A DNA stretch of 21,598 nucleotides, from positions 1-21,598 of the forward strand of contig JBDRUX010000037.1 of assembly GCA_039801565.1 (NCBI GenBank), given 5' to 3'. The DNA is from a candidate division WOR-3 bacterium (GTDB lineage: Bacteria > Hydrothermota > Tepidihabitantia > Tepidihabitantales > JAOUPE01). Shown here piece by piece: positions 15,810 through 21,598 of the stretch; positions within the stretch are counted from its first letter, which is position 1; each line of letters begins with the position of its first letter. Made by a program: the position numbers and the translations under genes. The notes beneath the pieces are model-generated. The model worked only from the letters and a program-made list of their open reading frames with translations. It did no database searches and was not told the DNA's origin.

Positions 15810-17051
15810 TTATTCATATCTTAGGGCTTCGATTGGATTGAGTTTACTGGCGCGATTTGCCGGATAGATGCCAAAAAAGATTCCTACCCCAGCCGAAAAA
15901 CCAAAACCTAAAATGATTGTCCAAAATGGAGCAGCGGCTTTTAATGGTGAAATTAGGCTGATAATTTTTGCTATGCCAATACCTAACGCAATGCCAATTC
16001 CACCACCGATTACCGAAAGTGAAACCGCCTCATAGAGAAATTGATTTAGTATATCCCGGGAACTGGCACCAATCGCTTTGCGTAAACCAATCTCCCGGGT
16101 CCGTTCGGTTACCGAGACGAGCATTATATTCATAATCCCAATACCACCAACTACTAACGAGATAGTCGCAACCGCAATAACCACAATGAATGCGATATTT
16201 GTGATATTTTTATAAATCTGACGTAAAGTCTCTTGGGTATTGATACCGAAATCATCCGGTTTATCATAACCTAAACCGCGTCTTCTTCGCAAAACTTCGC
16301 GAATCTGGTCAATCGCTTCGTCAACTTTTTTGCCGCTCTTCGGCATAACCTGGATCGTCAGACTACGAAAGACTGCGGCAAAACCGGTCGGTTTCGGAAA
16401 TATCTTCTCAAAAGTAGTTAGTGGCATAATTATAACGTTGTCTTGGGTCTGCCCGAAAAAAGAACCCTTTCGCGCTAAGATTCCAATAATTAGAACCTTG
16501 TGACCTTGAATATTAAGTTGTTTACCGATCGGGTCTTCGTAGGGGAACAGATTGTCTACGATGTAGCCACCAATAACACAAACCCGATTTTTTCGCCGAT
16601 GGTCTTCCTGATTAAAGAACCGGCCAGCTTCAACCGAATAGTTAGCGGTGTATTGTAAATCCGGGGTTGAACCAATAACTTCCACCCGAGTTACCTTGTT
16701 ACCCCGGTAGGTCAAAGTTGAGACCTCGTAGTCTTTTTGCGGTGCGACTTTTGCCACAGCCGGGAGTTTAGCAATCGCTTCGGCATCTTCAAGCGTTAAC
16801 TCTTTTCGCTTCCGCAATTCGTCAATATCAAATCGGGAACCCATTCCCCAGGAGAACTTCTGGACAAAGATAGTATTAGAACCTAACGATTGAATTTGAC
16901 TTTCGACTGAGGCGTTTAAACCCTGAATGAGCGAAAGGATAGTAATTACGGTCATAACCCCAATTACAATCCCTAAAATCGTTAAAAAGGAACGCAATCG
17001 GTGCGAACGAAAAGTTTCGAACGATAAGAGTAAGGTTTCCCTAAACTTCAT
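15810..17051 (-). CDS. MacB/FtsX-family ABC transporter permease
   Basis: RSFLTILGIVIGV, GGIGIMNIMLVSVTERTREIGLRKAIGA and PANRASKLNPIEALRYE. Confidence 0.95.
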   Translation of the reverse strand: MKFRETLLLSFETFRSHRLRSFLTILGIVIGVMTVITILSLIQGLNASVESQIQSLGSNTIFVQKFSWGMGSRFDIDELRKRKELTLEDAEAIAKLPAVAKVAPQKDYEVSTLTYRGNKVTRVEVIGSTPDLQYTANYSVEAGRFFNQEDHRRKNRVCVIGGYIVDNLFPYEDPIGKQLNIQGHKVLIIGILARKGSFFGQTQDNVIIMPLTTFEKIFPKPTGFAAVFRSLTIQVMPKSGKKVDEAIDQIREVLRRRRGLGYDKPDDFGINTQETLRQIYKNITNIAFIVVIAVATISLVVGGIGIMNIMLVSVTERTREIGLRKAIGASSRDILNQFLYEAVSLSVIGGGIGIALGIGIAKIISLISPLKAAAPFWTIILGFGFSAGVGIFFGIYPANRASKLNPIEALRYE

Positions 17052-17725
17052 TACTTATCAATTATTTTACCGTCAACGATGTGAATTACTCTTTTGGCAT
17101 AACGGGCAATATTTTGGTCATGGGTGACTAAGATTATCGTATTACCTTCATTGGCTAAGGTGTCAAAGATTTTCATAATTTCGGCGCCGGTCTTAGAATC
17201 GAGGTTACCGGTTGGCTCATCGGCTAAGAGAACCGAAGGGGTATTGACCAAGGCACGGGCAATAGCAACTCTTTGCATCTCGCCACCAGATAACTCATTG
17301 GGCCGATGCGAAAGCCGGTCGGCTAATCCAACCCGCTCTAACATCGCTTGGGCTCTCTTCTGCCTTAATCTTTTATTCACTCCAACATAGACCAAAGGTA
17401 GTTCAACATTCTCTAAGGCGGTGAGCCGGGGTAAAAGGTTAAAGGTCTGAAAGACAAAACCGACTTTCTGATTCCGAAGCGCCGCCAGTTCCAGGTCGTT
17501 TAAGGTAGATATATCTTTGCCTTCAAAATAATATTTACCCGAGGTTGGGGTATCAAGACAACCCAAAAGATGCATCAAGGTTGACTTGCCCGAACCCGAT
17601 GGACCCATAATTGCTACATATTCGCCCTGCTCAATGGTTAAAGTTATGCCCCTTAACGCTTCAACTACTGTTTTACCTAAACTATAGACCTTAGTTATGT
17701 TTTCGGTTCTAATCAATACCATCAA
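17051..17725 (-). CDS. MacB/LolD-type ABC transporter ATP-binding protein
   Basis: [33 protein letters not shown] and [10 protein letters not shown]. Confidence 0.96.
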   Translation of the reverse strand: MMVLIRTENITKVYSLGKTVVEALRGITLTIEQGEYVAIMGPSGSGKSTLMHLLGCLDTPTSGKYYFEGKDISTLNDLELAALRNQKVGFVFQTFNLLPRLTALENVELPLVYVGVNKRLRQKRAQAMLERVGLADRLSHRPNELSGGEMQRVAIARALVNTPSVLLADEPTGNLDSKTGAEIMKIFDTLANEGNTIILVTHDQNIARYAKRVIHIVDGKIIDK

Positions 17726-17730
17726 TTGAG

Positions 17731-18828
17731 TTAAGACTTCTTTTCTTCTAAGGTTTTTACTTTAACGCCGTCTTTCAGTTTGGCTAATACCTTATAAGGA
17801 CCGGATATCACCTTATCACCCAGCTTGATTCCTTCAATGATTTCGATTTCGGTTTCACTGGCAGAGCCGGTCTTTACCGGTTTAAGTTTCGCAACTCCTT
17901 TTTCGACAACGAATAAGGCTTGAGTCTCAATACCTTTTACTTTTCGTTTGCCCACTGCTTGGATGGGAACGACCAGGACACTCTCTTTTTCGGCAGTGAT
18001 TATGTCAGCTGAAACAGTCATTCCTGGTTTCAGCGTTGCATTCGTTTTAGTCAGTTTCACTTCGACTTCAAAATCAGTACCGGTCTCAGTGGTCTGAAGG
18101 ATATTTTGCACCGGCATATAACCAATCTTAGTCACAATTCCCTCAAATACTGTATCGGGCAGGGCATCAATTGTAATCTCTGCCTTTTGTCCTAATTTAA
18201 TGGAAGGAATATCAGTCTCATCCACCTTCACAATTGCCAACATCTGGGATAAATCAGCAATCACCATCATCACGGTTCCTGGGTTATTCATCGTTCCAAT
18301 GATTACAGTCTCACCTTCTTCGATATTAACTTTCACCACGGTGCCAGAAATTGGGGCAGTGATTTTAGTTTTAGCCAAACGGTCCTGGGCTTGTTCGTAT
18401 TGGGCTTTGGCTACCTCATATTGCATCTTATAAGATTCAAATTGTTCCTGAGCAATTAAATTGCGGGCATAAAGAGTTTCATTACGCGCATAGACAGCTT
18501 TTGCTTGTTCGTAGCGCGCCTTAGCGGATAACATATCAGCCTCATAACTTTTCCTATCGAGTTGGCAAAGGAGTTGACCTTTCTTTACAACATCACCTTC
18601 TTGGACATAGAGTTTATCAACTGTTCCCATCACTTGGGCTTGGAGATTGACCTGCAAGGCTGCTTTCAGTTCACCCGTGGCTGAAATCTTTGCCAAAATT
18701 GACCCGAATTTGGCGGCAGTGACGATAACTTCTTCCCCGGGTTTCGAAGTAATGAGATTTAAACTAATGATGACCCCCAGGATAATAATTACACCAATAA
18801 CAATTATTATTGTCTTGCTTTTTTTCAT
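17731..18828 (-). CDS. MacA-like efflux periplasmic adaptor (membrane fusion protein)
   Basis: N-terminal anchor, [11 protein letters not shown] and ITAPISGTV lipoyl halves, VDETDI, LKPGMT. Start reassigned to MKKSK (18828) because of SD ggagg at 18834-18838. Confidence 0.92.
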   Translation of the reverse strand: MKKSKTIIIVIGVIIILGVIISLNLITSKPGEEVIVTAAKFGSILAKISATGELKAALQVNLQAQVMGTVDKLYVQEGDVVKKGQLLCQLDRKSYEADMLSAKARYEQAKAVYARNETLYARNLIAQEQFESYKMQYEVAKAQYEQAQDRLAKTKITAPISGTVVKVNIEEGETVIIGTMNNPGTVMMVIADLSQMLAIVKVDETDIPSIKLGQKAEITIDALPDTVFEGIVTKIGYMPVQNILQTTETGTDFEVEVKLTKTNATLKPGMTVSADIITAEKESVLVVPIQAVGKRKVKGIETQALFVVEKGVAKLKPVKTGSASETEIEIIEGIKLGDKVISGPYKVLAKLKDGVKVKTLEEKKS

Positions 18829-18842
18829 CAAAACCTCCGGTC

Positions 18843-20078
18843 TTATTTTCCTAATAAATAGTCGAGCCAAGCCTTACTAGTATGCGTATCGGCTAAGGCA
18901 TTGATATAAGTGGTTTGTGCTGAACCGAGTTTAAGTTCAATATCAAATAAGTCAAGGATACTCAAAGCCCCTAACCGAAACTGTTCTTTTGCCAACTCGT
19001 AAAGCTGCTGGTTCAACTTAAGATTCTTTTGTGCATAATTGTAACGCTCTTTGGCTTCTTGAAAAGACAAAAATGCGCTTGTTATACTTTTTCGTAAGGC
19101 GATTGTTGATTCTTTTAACCGAACCGATGCATTTTGCGATTCGAGTTGGGCATCGTAGATATTATGGATTACCGACTTTAATTCCAAGATTGGGAAATTG
19201 AAGGTAAAGCCAAAAGTCGTTCTATCGTGTTCTTGCCAATAGCGGAAACTCTTGGGCAGAACCGTATCGGAATAATTATTGGTAAGATAATAATTAATTT
19301 CTGGCAACATCTGACCAATTGCCCGCCATAGATTAAGTTGGGCAATCTTTTGGGTTTGGCGAGCAACCTTCAAACTCGGATTATTTTCTAATACCTCATA
19401 CCATATTGATTCCAAATCTTTATATTCGAAATCAGCCGGTTCGGTCAATTCGGTAACGGGCTTAATAAGGACATCCTTTTCAATTCCTAACTGTCCTTTA
19501 AAATCTTCGTTGGCGACCTTTAAATTCTTATCCGCGGTCAATAAATCAATTTCGGCTTGGGTCATAAATGCTTCCGCCCGCAACAAATCAATCTGGGAAA
19601 TTTGGCCAAGCCGAAACTTCTCCTGCATTAGATTATAACTTTCCGTGGCACGCCTCAAAGACGCTTGGGCAATCGTATGGAGATTATAAAACTTAATAAG
19701 ATTGAAATAACCGCTTTTAATATTATAAACTAAATTATTAGTCGCATCTTTCGCCTTCTGCTGATAGTAGTCAAAAGTATTTTTGCCGATGATTAGATTG
19801 CCGAAGATGTCAACACTGAATACTACTTGATTTAGACCGATTGAGCCGGTCCAGGTGCGAGTCGTAATTGGTTTTGAAGTCACTGAATAATTGGCAGTGG
19901 CTTGAATTCTGGGTAGTAAAGCGGTAACACTGCGGATAAATTTTGACCGACCAGTTCGGGAATCTAAGATTGCCTCAATTTGACCTGGGCTTTTCTCTTT
20001 AGCGATTTTTAATGCATCATCTAATGTAAGACGCAATGTGTCAACCGAAATAAAAAGTAATGTTAAGATGAGTATCAC
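18843..20078 (-). CDS. TolC-family outer membrane efflux protein
   Basis: LTLDDALKIAKEKSP, duplicated E(K/Q)FRLG-x-(I/L)S-x-(I/L)DL motifs, and operon context. Confidence 0.88.
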   Translation of the reverse strand: MILILTLLFISVDTLRLTLDDALKIAKEKSPGQIEAILDSRTGRSKFIRSVTALLPRIQATANYSVTSKPITTRTWTGSIGLNQVVFSVDIFGNLIIGKNTFDYYQQKAKDATNNLVYNIKSGYFNLIKFYNLHTIAQASLRRATESYNLMQEKFRLGQISQIDLLRAEAFMTQAEIDLLTADKNLKVANEDFKGQLGIEKDVLIKPVTELTEPADFEYKDLESIWYEVLENNPSLKVARQTQKIAQLNLWRAIGQMLPEINYYLTNNYSDTVLPKSFRYWQEHDRTTFGFTFNFPILELKSVIHNIYDAQLESQNASVRLKESTIALRKSITSAFLSFQEAKERYNYAQKNLKLNQQLYELAKEQFRLGALSILDLFDIELKLGSAQTTYINALADTHTSKAWLDYLLGK

Positions 20079-20084
20079 AAAGAA

Positions 20085-20756
20085 TTAGCCACCAAATCGA
20101 GTCGGGAAGATTGACGAGATGATAACATACAATAGCCAAATGCCAAATACCGTATAATAAGTTTTCTTGCCCGGAATATTAAATAGAATCTTTAATCCCA
20201 ATGCCACCAGGAATAATTCCCAAATGGTAAAAAAATCAATCCTTGAGAATAAACCATAAATAAATCCCTTATCGGACATTTTGGGAAAAAAGAGAATAAG
20301 ACTGGTTGTCACATCGGATGAGCCTTTAAGAAGCATCAAGACCACTTTAACAATTGCCGATGGAATTCTAATGAGAGCAGAATTGGTTGTAACTGCCAAG
20401 GTCTTTTTAAACGAACCACTGGTACCTAAAAGTGGTATCATTAAATTCAGAATCGTCGTAAAAATTAGAATACCAAGCGGCGTAATGATTAATACCGCAA
20501 TTAAGCCACGGACCAAACCGGTTTTTGGATTAATGGCTGCAACTATCTTCTCAATTTGTTCAGGCGGAACATTTCGCTTTTCTAAAAGTTCGCGTACTTT
20601 TGTTTTTTGCGTTTCCCAGTCGGTTTTGGTAATAGCGACTAAAGACAAAAGAACCGAAAATACCACGACAAGAATTAACGGTATCAACCATTTTGGCTTT
20701 TCGGCGATTTTCGTAAAAAACGAGTTAGGTGAAGTGTAGATATTAAAAAGGTCCAT
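20085..20756 (-). CDS. Yip1-family (YknW-like) membrane protein
   Basis: SPNSFFTKIAEKPKWLIPL start, IDFFTIW motif, about five hydrophobic segments, first gene of the MacAB-TolC-like operon. Confidence 0.85.
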   Translation of the reverse strand: MDLFNIYTSPNSFFTKIAEKPKWLIPLILVVVFSVLLSLVAITKTDWETQKTKVRELLEKRNVPPEQIEKIVAAINPKTGLVRGLIAVLIITPLGILIFTTILNLMIPLLGTSGSFKKTLAVTTNSALIRIPSAIVKVVLMLLKGSSDVTTSLILFFPKMSDKGFIYGLFSRIDFFTIWELFLVALGLKILFNIPGKKTYYTVFGIWLLYVIISSIFPTRFGG

Positions 20757-20841
20757 TTTATCTCCTTTCCGAACAATATCGGAGCGTTTTCATTTTTTCA
20801 GCTAACATTATCTTGAAATCAACCGAGAATCGCACCTCGAC

Positions 20842-20869
20842 ATTATAATCACTTGTGTCACATTGTCAA
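20842..20869 (-). promoter_or_regulatory. Consensus sigma-70 promoter of the efflux operon
   Basis: Minus strand TTGACA-atgtgacacaagtgat(16)-TATAAT. Confidence 0.8.
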
Positions 20870-21123
20870 AAGATTTTTTCTCTTTAACAATACTCTGCTT
20901 AAAAGCCCACTTGGATTTAAAGCAAATAGAATTAGGAATTGAACCATTTGAACACCTTAAATCATTTTTATTCAGTCGTAAAACAACAAGAGTCGGCACT
21001 ATCTTTTACCTTGAACTAATTCTTCCGGCAAGGTATCAGGTGGTTCCCAAAATTAGTGATAGGGGTAATGGACTGGTGAAAATAATTGGACGGTAGTAAT
21101 AAAACGCAGTTTTCAGCCGGCTC

Positions 21124-21240
21124 GGGTACCCGCCTACCTGCTTGCTCCCCAGATTGCCTACTGGGCTGCTCCCAAGGCAACCCCTTAACCCGCTTCCTAA
21201 ACTGCTTCCGAGGTCGCCTACGAGGTCGCTCCCCAAATCT
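21124..21240. repeat. Second degenerate 12-bp tandem array (~9-10 units), same family and orientation as 199-414
   Basis: 21136 acctgcttgctc, 21148 cccagattgcct, 21160 actgggctgctc, 21172 ccaaggcaaccc, 21196 cctaaactgctt, 21208 ccgaggtcgcct, 21220 acgaggtcgctc. Confidence 0.88.
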
Positions 21241-21466
21241 ATTTACTATTCAATCCCCAACCAACCTTCGATAAAATTTATTCTCTATTAGCTCGGAACG
21301 GCTATTATAGTTCAATATACTTAAAAATCTCACGCTCTTGACGAAAACGAGTTTTTCTTGACAAATGATTTTATTTATATCATTATGTTTTCAGATAAAT
21401 CGAGGTTGTAATAAGCGGTGTTTTGAGGAACATAAAAGAACAAACAAACTCAAGAAAGGAGGAGCA

Positions 21467-21598
21467 ATGCTCCGCAATAACAACAAAACAAACCCGAATC
21501 GGGTTGCATCCCCGACAAAAAGTCTTTTTCTTTTGGGGAGAATGAGCCGAAGTGGCTCATTATTAGCCCGGACCTGTCTGCTAAAGCACAGGCAGATT
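21467..21598 (+). CDS. Possible start of an ORF running off the window (MLRNNNKTNPNRVASP...)
   Basis: SD aaggagg and ATG 21467, open to the window end, with TTGACA at 21358 upstream. No recognisable homology. Confidence 0.4.
   Translation, partial: MLRNNNKTNPNRVASPTKSLFLLGRMSRSGSLLARTCLLKHRQI

Noticed and set aside
18829..18870. ORF-track N-terminal extension of the MacA-like gene
   Set aside because: It overlaps tolC, and the SD position supports a start at 18828 (or TTG 18831).
960..20739. Antisense or alternate-frame ORFs in the track (e.g. 1111-1422, 2056-2415, 8234-8662, 10721-11047, 10970-11350, 12339-12692, 15473-15757, 20281-20739)
   Set aside because: They overlap well-supported genes and show no recognisable motifs, so they are shadow ORFs.
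199..21240. The two arrays as terminal repeats of a 21-kb mobile element
   Set aside because: They share only a consensus, not identity. The interval holds housekeeping genes (tmk, efp, HU/IHF) and no integrase or transposase.
20808..21274. Short ORFs 20808-20999, 20863-21096, 21036-21236 and 21086-21274 as genes
   Set aside because: They have no convincing SD or homology and overlap a promoter and repeat arrays. 21036-21236 is open largely because of the 12-bp repeat and is kept only as part of that finding.

Overview
AT-rich bacterial chromosomal window. The T9SS-type C-terminal tail, the TolC and the bS22-like peptide suggest an anaerobic diderm of the FCB/WOR-3 neighbourhood; this is inference. 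In order, it contains: (1) the tail of a secreted protein, a terminator and a degenerate 12-bp tandem array. (2) A sigma-54-type operon: a small Cys-repeat protein (apparently frameshifted), then HydC/NuoE-, HydB/NuoF- and short HydA/NuoG-like subunits, then a stand-alone FMN-binding glutamate-synthase-family protein, with no hydrogenase catalytic subunit. (3) ogt, an MBL hydrolase, ino1, tmk and a CtpA-type S41 protease. (4) An atypical, apparently leaderless EF-P. (5) A second sigma-54-type operon: PAS histidine kinase, two stand-alone receivers and two paralogous helical unknowns. (6) A minus-strand block: Yip1, TolC, MacA, ABC ATPase, MacB permease, FmdB zinc ribbon, HU/IHF and a 31-aa bS22-like protein missed by the ORF track. 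(7) A second 12-bp array and the start of a further ORF. The best candidate for a new system is the putative electron-bifurcating HydABC-like core paired with a GltB-FMN enzyme. Next are the output-less phosphorelay operon and the dispersed 12-bp arrays.
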